Of a stretch of 64,000 bases of DNA, positions 10,259 to 19,985 are shown in pieces. The stretch comes from an uncultured bacterium (GTDB lineage Bacteria > Margulisbacteria > Marinamargulisbacteria > SXXA01): positions 3,230 through 67,229 of the forward strand of contig CAIPHK010000032.1 in the NCBI GenBank assembly GCA_903864835.1, in the 5' to 3' direction. Position numbers and translations under genes: made by a program. How positions within the stretch are numbered: position 1 is the first letter of the stretch; each line of letters starts with the position of its first letter. The notes below the pieces were generated by a model. It saw only the letters and a program-made list of their open reading frames with translations, searched no databases and was not told the DNA's origin.

Positions 10259-11276
10259 TCTTAAACTGTTGGACGAGTTGAACGACCCGCTGCACTTGAT
10301 CTGGATTGACGTCTGGTAAAATGCCATGTCCTAAATTAAAAATATATCCGGGGCGATCGGCCATTGATTTAAGAATATGGGTGACCTTGGCTTCGAGAAT
10401 CTCATGGGATGCGTACAACATCATGGGATCCATATTGCCTTGAAGCGCAATGTCCGCAGGCATTAATTGTCCCATGGCACCGATATCCACTTGCCAATCC
10501 AATCCGATGACTTGTACAGGAAGCTGGGATAGCTCTTTCCAAAATACTGACGTTCCCTTGGCAAACAGGGTGATGGGAATGCCCGCTGGGTTTCTGAGCC
10601 GGTTTAAAATCGCCCGAATCGGTCGAATCACCAAGGACTGGAATTCTGGGTAGCTTAAAAGTCCTGCCCAAGTGTCAAATATCTGAATAGCGTCGACCCC
10701 AGCCTCAATTTGCATGTTGAGGTAGTCAGCAGTGGCTTTAACCAATTGGTCCATCAGCTGTTCCATCGTTTCAGGTTGTGAGTAGATTAACTCTTTCATG
10801 ATTCGCAGGTCTTTGGAACTTCCTCCCTCGACCATATACGAGGCCACGGTGAACGGAGCTCCCGCGAACCCGATCAACGGGGTGTCGCCCAATTGGGTTT
10901 TGAGAAGTCGAATGGCCTGGGGGACATAGTCCAACCGTTCACGAAGGGAGCTGCTACTCAATTGATCCGCATCGGCCATCGTTCGAACCGGATTGGAAAT
11001 GACGGGGCCTTTCCCTTCAACAAAATTGAGATCCGAACCCAATGCATCGGCCACAGTCAGAATGTCTGAAAATAAAATGGCGGCATCAAATCCAAAACGA
11101 CGGATCGGTTGAAGGGTAATCTCTGTGGCTATTTCAGGGGTTCTAATCATGTCCAAAAACCCGTATTTTTCACGAAATGCGCGGTATTCTGGCAAATATC
11201 GGCCCGCTTGCCTCATGATCCAAATCGGTGGGCGTGATGTGGGCATACACCGTGTCGCGTCTAAATACAAACTCAT
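10239..11276 (-). CDS. hemE: Uroporphyrinogen decarboxylase
   Basis: PPIWIMRQAGRYLPEY, DAAILFSDIL, IGFAGAPFTVASY, FNLGHGI. Confidence 0.97.
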   Translation of the reverse strand: MSLYLDATRCMPTSRPPIWIMRQAGRYLPEYRAFREKYGFLDMIRTPEIATEITLQPIRRFGFDAAILFSDILTVADALGSDLNFVEGKGPVISNPVRTMADADQLSSSSLRERLDYVPQAIRLLKTQLGDTPLIGFAGAPFTVASYMVEGGSSKDLRIMKELIYSQPETMEQLMDQLVKATADYLNMQIEAGVDAIQIFDTWAGLLSYPEFQSLVIRPIRAILNRLRNPAGIPITLFAKGTSVFWKELSQLPVQVIGLDWQVDIGAMGQLMPADIALQGNMDPMMLYASHEILEAKVTHILKSMADRPGYIFNLGHGILPDVNPDQVQRVVQLVQQFKNERIHA

Positions 11277-11710
11277 TGGGCACCTCTTTTTGTGGAATTC
11301 ATTGCTTCGATATACGCGACGATTTTACCAATATCTTCATCGCGAATCCGTCCTGAAAATGCCGGCATTCCTGCCGCCGGGTTTCCTGAGCGAATTCGCC
11401 CAACGATATATCGGACGTTATCTCGGTCAAAGGTCCAGTCGGGGCGAATTAACGCGGGCCCGGTTCGTCCCGTGGCATTTGATCCGTGACACCCCGCACA
11501 TTGATTGACGAATAATATACCCCCCAGTTCCAGACCTTCGTTATGGCTTGGGATCGATTCCAGGTGAATGTCTTTTGACTTCTTAAGTTCGGTTGCAGCA
11601 ATTGCTTGCGATGCTGTGACACTCTGGACCATATACTTCATCAAAACCCCGCCAAATACGATAAATGAAGCCCCAAACACAATCGCAACGGACCTAAATC
11701 TAACTTTCAT
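11273..11710 (-). CDS. Membrane-anchored monoheme c-type cytochrome (CcoP-like class I domain)
   Basis: N-terminal TM helix; CAGCH, GPAL, GMPAF distal Met. Confidence 0.85.
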   Translation of the reverse strand: MKVRFRSVAIVFGASFIVFGGVLMKYMVQSVTASQAIAATELKKSKDIHLESIPSHNEGLELGGILFVNQCAGCHGSNATGRTGPALIRPDWTFDRDNVRYIVGRIRSGNPAAGMPAFSGRIRDEDIGKIVAYIEAMNSTKRGAQ

Positions 11711-11723
11711 ATCTCACTATCTC

Positions 11724-13121
11724 CTAAACTGTTCTCGAAAACCGACGCTCTGAATTTTGCTTTAAGTAGGCGTCAAAGCCCATGGCAACATTTCGCACAA
11801 ATAACCGACCCAACGGAGTCACCAGAATCCCCTGTTCCGTAAGCTCAATTAAGCCTTGGGACTCACAGGTTTTTAAGTGCGCCATACTGTCGGAAAAATA
11901 AGTATCAAAGTTAACATGATACCGAGAAAAAAACTCCTGTTTTTCCAATTTGAAATGACACATTAGCGATTGGATCACCCATTGGCGAATATGGTCATCC
12001 GGAGATAACTCTAGGCCCCGTTCCAGCGGAAGTCGCCCGTTATCCAAGTCGGCATAATATCGCTTTAAGTCCTTGGTCGATTGAACAAAATGACCGCTAA
12101 TATACCCGATTGAAGAGACGCCAATTCCTAAGTATTCGGTGGCGGGTTTTACGGTATACCCCATAAAATTGCGATGTAAGACCCCGTCGCGATAGGCCAC
12201 GGCCAATTCATCCGAGGACTTGGCAAAATGGTCCATGCCAATCGCGTCATATCCAGAGTTTAAAAAACGCCGCCGCGCTTCTAGGAAGATACCCAGTTTA
12301 TCGTCTTGTCCGGGTAATGCTTCTGTTGGAATCAGAGACTGGTGGGACTTGAGCCATGGGACATGCGCATAACTATATAAAGCGATTCGTTCAGGCGCCA
12401 ATCGAATAATTTCATCGGCAGTCGTCGAAAAATTCTCGACGGTTTGGTGGGGTAATCCATAGATCAAATCCACATTAATCGAAGGGAACCCTGCTGACCG
12501 TATCCATTGAAATAATTGGGTGACCAATTCAATGGATTGATGACGGTTAATCGCCGCTTGAACCGGCTCTGAAAAGTCTTGAATTCCCATAGAAATGCGA
12601 TTAAACCCAATAGCTTTTAAGGTATTTATTTGATCTTCAGTGACGGTTCTTGGGTCCACTTCTATTGCGACTTCGGCATCCGGGGCAATGTCACAGGTTC
12701 GATCGATTAGATTTTTGAGGGCACGCAATTCATCGGAAGTTAAAAAGTTAGGGGTTCCGCCACCGAGATGAAGCTGCTTAATTTGGGGACGGTGGGAGAT
12801 TCCGCTCAGGAGCAGGGTTAATTCTTTTTCAATATACGAAATGTACTCCAGTCCGACAGTCGCATTTGCTTTGCGAATGGCGACATTACATCCGCAGTAG
12901 TAACACATTTGGGTACAAAATGGGATGTGAATATATAGAGATACCGGTGTGTGGGTATGTGCCCATTGGTTGACCGCCTCACGATACTGATCCCGTGTGT
13001 ACTGATCAGACCATTCTGGAGCGGTGGGGTAGCTGGTGTACCGGGGGCCTGGTATATCCAAAGACCTAACCAATTCGGATGTAAGTGTAACGGACGATTG
13101 ATGCAAAAGACTGCCTCGCAA
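11724..13121 (-). CDS. hemN: Oxygen-independent coproporphyrinogen III oxidase
   Basis: PGPRYTSYPTA, HIPFCTQMCYYCGC, GGGTP, HRNFMGY, RFSRTV: true HemN rather than HemW. Confidence 0.95.
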   Translation of the reverse strand: MRGSLLHQSSVTLTSELVRSLDIPGPRYTSYPTAPEWSDQYTRDQYREAVNQWAHTHTPVSLYIHIPFCTQMCYYCGCNVAIRKANATVGLEYISYIEKELTLLLSGISHRPQIKQLHLGGGTPNFLTSDELRALKNLIDRTCDIAPDAEVAIEVDPRTVTEDQINTLKAIGFNRISMGIQDFSEPVQAAINRHQSIELVTQLFQWIRSAGFPSINVDLIYGLPHQTVENFSTTADEIIRLAPERIALYSYAHVPWLKSHQSLIPTEALPGQDDKLGIFLEARRRFLNSGYDAIGMDHFAKSSDELAVAYRDGVLHRNFMGYTVKPATEYLGIGVSSIGYISGHFVQSTKDLKRYYADLDNGRLPLERGLELSPDDHIRQWVIQSLMCHFKLEKQEFFSRYHVNFDTYFSDSMAHLKTCESQGLIELTEQGILVTPLGRLFVRNVAMGFDAYLKQNSERRFSRTV

Positions 13122-13178
13122 ATAATGTCCACCTAGTATAGCTGGCGTTTGCTAATCTCGCACAGGGCTGAGCATTAT

Positions 13179-13505
13179 CTACTGATCATTTTTTATAATT
13201 TTTAGATGTGGTGAATGATCCAATTCGCTTACGATTTCATCGATACGAGCTCTAAACTCGTCCAAAAAATGGTCTGCCATTAAATTGCCGTTTTGATAAA
13301 TTTTCCCAGATTCTGATTCTAAACGAATACTGGATTCGTGATAGGTTGTTTTTTCCTGATATTCAATCACAGTATCTCGCAATACGAGGCGGATATCAGC
13401 GGGATAAGGGACTTTTACCTCACCCACAATTTCTATATCCCCTTGAAATGATAATCGTCCGAGGCCCGTAGACTCATTTTCTGGATAAAAGTCGAAATAC
13501 GCCAT
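13179..13505 (-). CDS. Hypothetical protein (108 aa)
   Basis: ORF with SD AAGGGG fills the intergenic gap; no motif recognised. Confidence 0.6.
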   Translation of the reverse strand: MAYFDFYPENESTGLGRLSFQGDIEIVGEVKVPYPADIRLVLRDTVIEYQEKTTYHESSIRLESESGKIYQNGNLMADHFLDEFRARIDEIVSELDHSPHLKIIKNDQ

Positions 13506-13571
13506 TACTATTCCCCTTAGTATTTAATTCGATAGCGTATTGATCCCTAAATGTGTAAATTTTAAACAATT

Positions 13572-14480
13572 TTACTGATACCGGACTGTTGAAACATTTT
13601 CCCATACACGTTTCCGGGACCGATATAATGGGGTATTCGTGGGAATATCCACGCTGCCGCTTTCGTCCGGTCTTAAATGGTGCCCAACCCCTGCCTGCGG
13701 TTTAAATTCATTCCAGTCAGTTAACGGTATATGGGGATGGTTAAAGGGACAGACCTCCTGGCAGATGTCGCAGCCAAATATCCATCCTTGGAATTTTTTG
13801 AGTTCATTTGATGAGACGGACGACTTCTTCTCGATGGTTTGGTAGCTGATACAAGCGGTGGTGTTAAATCCACCGTCCATTCCAATGGCCTGCGTGGGAC
13901 ACGCATCCACGCAGCGCTGGCAGGTGCCACAGCCGCCGTTAATCGGCCTATCGAATGGCAACTCCAAGGTCGTTAAAATGATCCCCAATAAAAAATAAGA
14001 TCCTAACTTAGGCCGAATTACCATACTGTTACGGGCCTTAAATCCGATGCCCGCCAAAATTGCCAGTGTACGCTCGGCCAAGGGACGACTATCCACCCCG
14101 ACGTAAAACGCCGCAGTGCGGTGAGCTGATTGAAGTTGCTCAACCATCGCATCCAATCGATCGGTCATGACAATGTGATAGTCCACTCCGGCTGCATACC
14201 GTGCGACTTTGAGGCCCCCATCGAGGGTTTGATCCGGACTGTTTTTGTAATTTTTAGCCACCACAATGGCGGACTTTACCCCTGGAAGTAGCAACTCTGG
14301 GTTTTCTTTAAACGGTAAATGCCGGGCCAAATACGCCATATCGCCATAGGTCTGATCCGCGACCATTTTGCGATACCCCTCCAAATGACTTTCTACAAAT
14401 GGAGAGGCAATGCCGCATACGTCAAACCCCTGATCCAACGCCAATTGAATGACATCAGATTTGAGATCCGCGGGAGTCAT
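13572..14480 (-). CDS. queG: Epoxyqueuosine reductase
   Basis: ARYAAGVDYH, LGSYFLLG, CGTCQRCVDACPT, CISYQTIE, IFGCDICQEVCPFN. Confidence 0.93.
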   Translation of the reverse strand: MTPADLKSDVIQLALDQGFDVCGIASPFVESHLEGYRKMVADQTYGDMAYLARHLPFKENPELLLPGVKSAIVVAKNYKNSPDQTLDGGLKVARYAAGVDYHIVMTDRLDAMVEQLQSAHRTAAFYVGVDSRPLAERTLAILAGIGFKARNSMVIRPKLGSYFLLGIILTTLELPFDRPINGGCGTCQRCVDACPTQAIGMDGGFNTTACISYQTIEKKSSVSSNELKKFQGWIFGCDICQEVCPFNHPHIPLTDWNEFKPQAGVGHHLRPDESGSVDIPTNTPLYRSRKRVWENVSTVRYQ

Positions 14481-15230
14481 CTACTCAAATAACGTTTCGC
14501 CGTATTGAATAGGCCCCAACGCAGGAAGTGCTAACTTACGGGTATCTAATATGACCACGGTGGAACCCAAATGGAAGGTTTTAATCCAATCCCCTGGATT
14601 AATCGCTACTGGCAATTGGTCCCGATCGAAGGTGGTGCTCATTGAGCCAACATTGAGGGCACCAACTGCTACCAGCGCGACCTGATGGCCACCGGTAACC
14701 GAAATAATCGAGACCAATCGTTCATTTTTACAATACAAATGGGGGATGGCTCGTAATTGTTTCTGCCGGACGGGATACAAACACCCTGGAATCAGTCGTG
14801 TGGATACAATCTGACCTTGAACCGGAGCAAAAATTCGATGACAGTCTTTTGGCGATAGATAAATCGTAGCAAAACTATGGTAACTGGTGCGAGATCCACC
14901 GAGTAGCGATGCGACCGAATACGTACTTCCTTTCACTTGGACCATCATTCCATCGCTAACGTAGCCTGCCGAAATAACCTCGCCGTCTGTCGGAGAGACT
15001 ACCGTGGCAGACGAAATCGGACGGCATTCCGATCGGATTTCTCGGGTGAAAAAAGCACCCAAACTCGGATACTCAGACAACGGCTGAGTGGCTTCATCCA
15101 GATTGATTTTGTAAGTCGAGGCGAACCATCGAATCATTCGTTGAACCAAAAATTGAGGGGCTTTAGCAGCGGACACCCATCCCACAATTCGGGATGAGGT
15201 ATGATGAAGAACGCGATGTATGAGTATCAT
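14481..15230 (-). CDS. psd: Phosphatidylserine decarboxylase proenzyme
   Basis: FFTR, SPTDG, IYLSPKDCHRI, NERL, VGALNVGS, LGST self-cleavage motif. Confidence 0.9.
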   Translation of the reverse strand: MILIHRVLHHTSSRIVGWVSAAKAPQFLVQRMIRWFASTYKINLDEATQPLSEYPSLGAFFTREIRSECRPISSATVVSPTDGEVISAGYVSDGMMVQVKGSTYSVASLLGGSRTSYHSFATIYLSPKDCHRIFAPVQGQIVSTRLIPGCLYPVRQKQLRAIPHLYCKNERLVSIISVTGGHQVALVAVGALNVGSMSTTFDRDQLPVAINPGDWIKTFHLGSTVVILDTRKLALPALGPIQYGETLFE

Positions 15231-15731
15231 CTATCGTCCCCTTGCTTTCCGAAATGCGTCAATAAATCGATCTTCATGTTTCACATTGGGAGGGATGGTG
15301 AGCGGCATCGCATGACCCGACAGTACAATTTCTTCGTTAAGCATTCGTCCGTCAGGTAAATAGACATACGCCAACAGTCGGCGGTATCGGTCCCTCTTTT
15401 GGACATCGAACTCAAGGATGATGACATCGTTGGCCTTCACGGTTTGTTCGAGATGCCGTTTTGCCGCCAGCCCTAGCGCGAGTACGGTGTTTACGTCTTG
15501 TTTCGATCGATAGACATCCCGCATCAGCTTATCGTTACGACGGCACTCGGGGGTATCCACTCCGATCAATCGGACGTATTCGCGATGTTTATTGTATCGG
15601 ATTCGTAATGTGTCTCCATCCACCACGCCAATGACGGTTGCGTTCTCTGTGATGGCCGCGTGAATAGGCGCAACCCAAACACCAAAGACCATGGCACAAA
15701 CGGCTATCCATTTTACCCACCGATTATTCAT
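15231..15731 (-). CDS. Exported thermonuclease (SNase-like)
   Basis: Signal peptide; VVDGDT, VRLIGVDTPE, DRYRRLLAYVY. Confidence 0.92.
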   Translation of the reverse strand: MNNRWVKWIAVCAMVFGVWVAPIHAAITENATVIGVVDGDTLRIRYNKHREYVRLIGVDTPECRRNDKLMRDVYRSKQDVNTVLALGLAAKRHLEQTVKANDVIILEFDVQKRDRYRRLLAYVYLPDGRMLNEEIVLSGHAMPLTIPPNVKHEDRFIDAFRKARGR

Positions 15732-17350
15732 AGTTGACTCCCAATATAATTTTTTATTTCGTTAATATGCCGAACGGTTTGTTCCGGATCAAATCGCATT
15801 TCTAAAATCCATCGACCGCCGTCGGACAGAAAGACTTCCGAGAGGGTCGTATGGCATTCATTCAGGTTCCCTGCACATCGATAGTGGCAGTTAAATTGGC
15901 TTGCGATGTCCAGAAATCCGTACCCATGAGCGACCCGAAACAGGCGGTCATGATCCGGATACTCCCTAATGGGTAAATGCCGAAAAATCCCGCCGCCATC
16001 GTTATTGAATATGATGATGATCTGCAATGAATTGGAATCCCCTAAGGCAAAACTATTTAAGTCATGAAGTGCCGAGAGATCTCCCAAAATGGTAACCACT
16101 GGTCTTTTGCTGCCCATTCCTATCCCTGCCGATGTTGCAATTAAACCATCGATCCCGCTCGCGCCCCGATTAAACATCGCCCGGTAACGCGCAGTGGCAA
16201 AATGTCGGGTCATGCTCCACAGGCGAATCGCGAGGCTATTCCCAATAAAAACCGCGTATCGGTCGGAGAGATACCCCTGAATAATTGCCATAGCGCCAGC
16301 TTCCGTCCAGTGTTGGGTGAACATCGACTTTGAATTCATCAATGCGTTTGAAATCGATTGATGGGTTTTTAGAAATGCGCCTGACTCCCCAGTGGGTTGA
16401 ATTGCCGAAAAGATTTCTTTTAATGATCCAATTATCCAATGTTTTTGGCGATGTGTGGGATCTGATCTCTCGGGATAGTCTGTGGCATGGGTATACTTCC
16501 CGTGGAAACCCTCCAATGCGTGATTTAAGGGTTTCGAGAGCAATTTTCCGCCGATATGAACCACCGGTCCCGAGATTTTGGATAGCAGATCTGATGTCCA
16601 CCAATCCCCGGTTTCGATTAGGGGATGATGGGCCGCAACACTTCCGCAGAGGCCGTCGATTACGATCGGAATCCCGGACGCAACGAGCGACTTTGGCAGA
16701 TCCGAAATCGAGGCGCCCTCACCCACAACGACGACTCCGGCCTCAATTGGCTCAAAAATTACAGCCCGATTGGTCGGGAAAGAAAGGTTCGAAATACGGG
16801 GGGCTTCCGCTGGAATCGCCTTATTCCACAGAGGCTCTTTGAATCTCATGTTGAGATGAACGGGGCCCGGTGGTCCGGTCCGAATGCGGGCCATCGCTTC
16901 CATCGTTGCACCCATCCAATGCCGTGCGCCATCTTCGGTTTCGGCGGGATGCAGATCAATCGAAAATCGGCAGTAGGGTTTTAGAAACTCAGTTTGGCGT
17001 ATGGCCTGATTGCTTCCAACATCAATTAATTCAGTCGGCCGATCCGCCGAAATAATGATCATTGGCGTATAAGCGTAAAATGCTTCAATGACTGACGGGA
17101 GCAGATTCGCCACAGCGGTACCTGACGTCACAATCACTACTGCGGGTACCGACGATGATTTCCCTACCCCAACTGCCCAAAAACCCAGTCCGCGTTCATC
17201 AAAGTGGACACAAATATCCGGGGCTTCCCAAAGTGTTTCCGCGGCAACCACCAATGCGGTCGATCGGGATCCCGGCGCAATCCCGACGGATTTAACCCCC
17301 AGTGATTTTAAAGTAGCCAAACATCCTGCCGCTGCAGAAAGCGCGGTCAT
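15728..17350 (-). CDS. menD: SEPHCHC synthase
   Basis: PGSRST, DERGLGF, TSGTAVANL, ADRP, NRGASGIDG, GDLSALHDLN, NNDGGGIF. Confidence 0.92.
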   Translation of the reverse strand: MTALSAAAGCLATLKSLGVKSVGIAPGSRSTALVVAAETLWEAPDICVHFDERGLGFWAVGVGKSSSVPAVVIVTSGTAVANLLPSVIEAFYAYTPMIIISADRPTELIDVGSNQAIRQTEFLKPYCRFSIDLHPAETEDGARHWMGATMEAMARIRTGPPGPVHLNMRFKEPLWNKAIPAEAPRISNLSFPTNRAVIFEPIEAGVVVVGEGASISDLPKSLVASGIPIVIDGLCGSVAAHHPLIETGDWWTSDLLSKISGPVVHIGGKLLSKPLNHALEGFHGKYTHATDYPERSDPTHRQKHWIIGSLKEIFSAIQPTGESGAFLKTHQSISNALMNSKSMFTQHWTEAGAMAIIQGYLSDRYAVFIGNSLAIRLWSMTRHFATARYRAMFNRGASGIDGLIATSAGIGMGSKRPVVTILGDLSALHDLNSFALGDSNSLQIIIIFNNDGGGIFRHLPIREYPDHDRLFRVAHGYGFLDIASQFNCHYRCAGNLNECHTTLSEVFLSDGGRWILEMRFDPEQTVRHINEIKNYIGSQL

Positions 17351-18477
17351 CTAGCCGCACCAAAAATCTTTAATTTCTGATTCAATTCAGCCCATTCTGA
17401 TTCAGGATCAGAGTCATGGACGATCCCAGCGCCTGAGCGGACGGATCCATGGCTGCCTTGCCATTCACAATAGCGTATCAAGACAATGAATTCTGAATAT
17501 TCAGGGGTCACAATGCCGAAAAGACCACTGTAGAATCCCCTCGGATTTTCGAGACTATTGATCAATTGAATCGCATCCGACTGAGGAACTCCGGCAACCG
17601 CTGGGGTAGGAAATAACGCTTGGATTAATGTGCCAATCCCCACACTGCATTGATCCGCCAAAATGGACGTCTTAAGATGTGCAACCTGAGATAGCCGTTG
17701 TAATTCCGTTGCAGAGACGGATGGTGTCAGCCCCATATTTTCCAGATTCAACCGAATCCAGTCACGGACGTAATCATGCTCGATACGATTTTTAGGCGAG
17801 CCTAACAATTCGTCGGCATCCGCCAATATTTGGGTTCCTGCAATGGCCTCAGTTTCAATTTGATTCTCCTGAATGCGGAGAAGTCGTTCGGGAGACACCG
17901 ACATAAATCCCTGATCGCGCCCAGTTTCAACTAATAGTCGGTATCCGTTGCTCTCGATCGAAAACATCTGTTCCGCAACATCAATCGGCGACTGCGTCAG
18001 TTCGAATCGACTTGTTCGGGACAATACGGCTTTGTCGACCGATGCCTGAACAATTGAAACCCGTCGTTTCCATTCAGCGAGATCAAAGTCGTGAACGAGC
18101 GTGGCGCCCAATTCATCCCGTTGAGCGTCGTTTGATGTTCCTTCGGCGGTGTACACCCACCGCGGGGCCCATATTGAAATGGGTGTTTTCGCAATTGCCC
18201 CCGTTGGAAATGGGACCCGTATCAATTTAAGAGGGTGTCGTTCCATGGAATGGATCATGGTTTCCATATTTTCAAGTAGTCCATTTTCTCGATGAATCAC
18301 CCCGCCCCCGCAGGTCACCTGTGACTGACCCCGTAATCCGACGCAAAACCGATCCCCGGCGGGCATTCGATTGAGGCACTCTTTCCATGTCAGGCCATCG
18401 TTGGTTTGGACACTGACTTGGGATTCAGTCGCCCCCAAATAGCCTTCTAGTAATTCGTGAGGAAGCGTCACGCTCAT
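17347..18477 (-). CDS. menF: Isochorismate synthase
   Basis: Chorismate-binding motifs KAVLSR, SPERL, AIAGT, KNRIEH, PTPAVAGVP, GAGIV..S.PESEW; overlaps menD. Confidence 0.82.
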   Translation of the reverse strand: MSVTLPHELLEGYLGATESQVSVQTNDGLTWKECLNRMPAGDRFCVGLRGQSQVTCGGGVIHRENGLLENMETMIHSMERHPLKLIRVPFPTGAIAKTPISIWAPRWVYTAEGTSNDAQRDELGATLVHDFDLAEWKRRVSIVQASVDKAVLSRTSRFELTQSPIDVAEQMFSIESNGYRLLVETGRDQGFMSVSPERLLRIQENQIETEAIAGTQILADADELLGSPKNRIEHDYVRDWIRLNLENMGLTPSVSATELQRLSQVAHLKTSILADQCSVGIGTLIQALFPTPAVAGVPQSDAIQLINSLENPRGFYSGLFGIVTPEYSEFIVLIRYCEWQGSHGSVRSGAGIVHDSDPESEWAELNQKLKIFGAAR

Positions 18478-19166
18478 CGTTTTCCTATATATATCGACGC
18501 AATCCCACAGGTCATTGAAATCACAGTAACCTCCGAGAATCCGGCTTTTTTCATCAATTCCGCGAATTCTTGACCATAAGGAAACGCCTCGACGGATACA
18601 TTTAAATACTGATACGCGGCCCGATCTCCCGAAATAAGGCCCCCAAACACCGGTATGATACGTCTAAAATAAAATAGATAGAGCCGCTTGATTAAAAGGT
18701 TAGTCGGTATTGAAAACTCAAGGATGCACGCGGTTCCCCCAGGTTTCATGATGCGATACATCTCTTGAAGTGCACGCGGTACATCGGGGACATTGCGGAT
18801 CGCAAAGGCCATTGTTAGCGCATCAACGCTACATGCATCGAGAGGAATATCATCCGCGCTCCCCACCTTCAATTGAACCTGAGGCCCCCACTTCGCCACC
18901 TTCGGGGTTGCTAGATTAAGCATATCTTCAGCTGGATCAATTCCAATCAAGTGTCTATCCCTAAATCGTCTCGCCAATGCGACGAGAACGTCACCAGTGC
19001 CGGTGCCCAAATCCACGATGGTCTGACCCACTTTATGTGGAATTTGGGCCACGAGACGTTTTCGCCAATACCGATCAATCCCAAAGGATAGCCATCGATT
19101 CGCTCGGTCATAGGTCGGCGCAATTCGGTTAAACATCGTCCAACTCAATCGTTTCTCAATTAACAT
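18474..19166 (-). CDS. menG: Demethylmenaquinone methyltransferase (UbiE/MenG)
   Basis: [38 protein letters not shown]. Confidence 0.9.
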   Translation of the reverse strand: MLIEKRLSWTMFNRIAPTYDRANRWLSFGIDRYWRKRLVAQIPHKVGQTIVDLGTGTGDVLVALARRFRDRHLIGIDPAEDMLNLATPKVAKWGPQVQLKVGSADDIPLDACSVDALTMAFAIRNVPDVPRALQEMYRIMKPGGTACILEFSIPTNLLIKRLYLFYFRRIIPVFGGLISGDRAAYQYLNVSVEAFPYGQEFAELMKKAGFSEVTVISMTCGIASIYIGKR

Positions 19167-19174
19167 TGTTGTGT

Positions 19175-19204
19175 ATTATGCCCTGCTCCGTCCTATGGTA
19201 CAAT
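19175..19204. promoter_or_regulatory. Back-to-back -10 elements for menG and thiG (near-leaderless transcripts)
   Basis: + strand TG-G-TACAAT (19196-19204) 7 nt before thiG ATG; - strand CATAAT (19180-19175) 8 nt before menG ATG; no SD. Confidence 0.5.
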
Positions 19205-19211
19205 CCGGGCC

Positions 19212-19985
19212 ATGACCGACATACTGACAATCGCTGGCCAGGAGTTCAAAAGTCGACTATTGGTTGGGACCGGCAAGTTTAAGTCGGACGAGATTATGAA
19301 ATCGGCAATCACGGCTTCCGGCGCTGAAATTGTGACCGTGGCGGTACGTCGAGTGAATTTTGATGCCCCAACGGATTCGTTTACAACGGTCATTGACCCT
19401 ACTCAATACCTATTTTTACCCAATACATCAGGAGCAAGAACCTCCGACGAAGCCGTTCGCATTGCCCGAATCGGGCGATTTTCTGGGGTCTCGACTTGGA
19501 TAAAACTAGAAGTCATCCCAGATCCTAATTATTTAATGCCTGATCCAATAGACACCCTTAAAGCAGCCGAAATTTTGGTAAAAGAAGGCTTCACCGTCCT
19601 TCCCTATATCAACGCGGATCCTGTGCTTGCAAAACGTCTTGAAGAAGTGGGCTGTGCCACAGTGATGCCCTTGGCGGCACCCATCGGAAGTAACCAGGGA
19701 CTTCGCACCAAAGAACTCCTCCAAATCATTATCGATCAAGCGAGAATTCCAGTGGTCGTGGATGCTGGAATTGGGGCTCCTTCTCACGCAGCCGAGGCCA
19801 TGGAGCTTGGCGCGTCTGCGGTGCTTGTGAATACGGCTATTGCGACTGCAACCGATCCCGTAGGCTGTGCTAAAGCGTTTAGCCTTGCGGTCGAGGCCGG
19901 ACGACTCGGGTTTCTGTCCGGTCTTCCTGAACGGAATCGAATGGCCCATGCATCGTCCCCACTCACCGGATTTTTGAGTGTTTAG
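19212..19985 (+). CDS. thiG: Thiazole synthase
   Basis: [51 protein letters not shown]. Confidence 0.96.
   Translation: MTDILTIAGQEFKSRLLVGTGKFKSDEIMKSAITASGAEIVTVAVRRVNFDAPTDSFTTVIDPTQYLFLPNTSGARTSDEAVRIARIGRFSGVSTWIKLEVIPDPNYLMPDPIDTLKAAEILVKEGFTVLPYINADPVLAKRLEEVGCATVMPLAAPIGSNQGLRTKELLQIIIDQARIPVVVDAGIGAPSHAAEAMELGASAVLVNTAIATATDPVGCAKAFSLAVEAGRLGFLSGLPERNRMAHASSPLTGFLSV

Noticed and set aside
10259-10327. Longer N-termini in the ORF track for uvrD (also 3482, 49499, 58583 starts)
   Set aside because: Extensions overlap upstream genes; downstream ATGs give normal coupling
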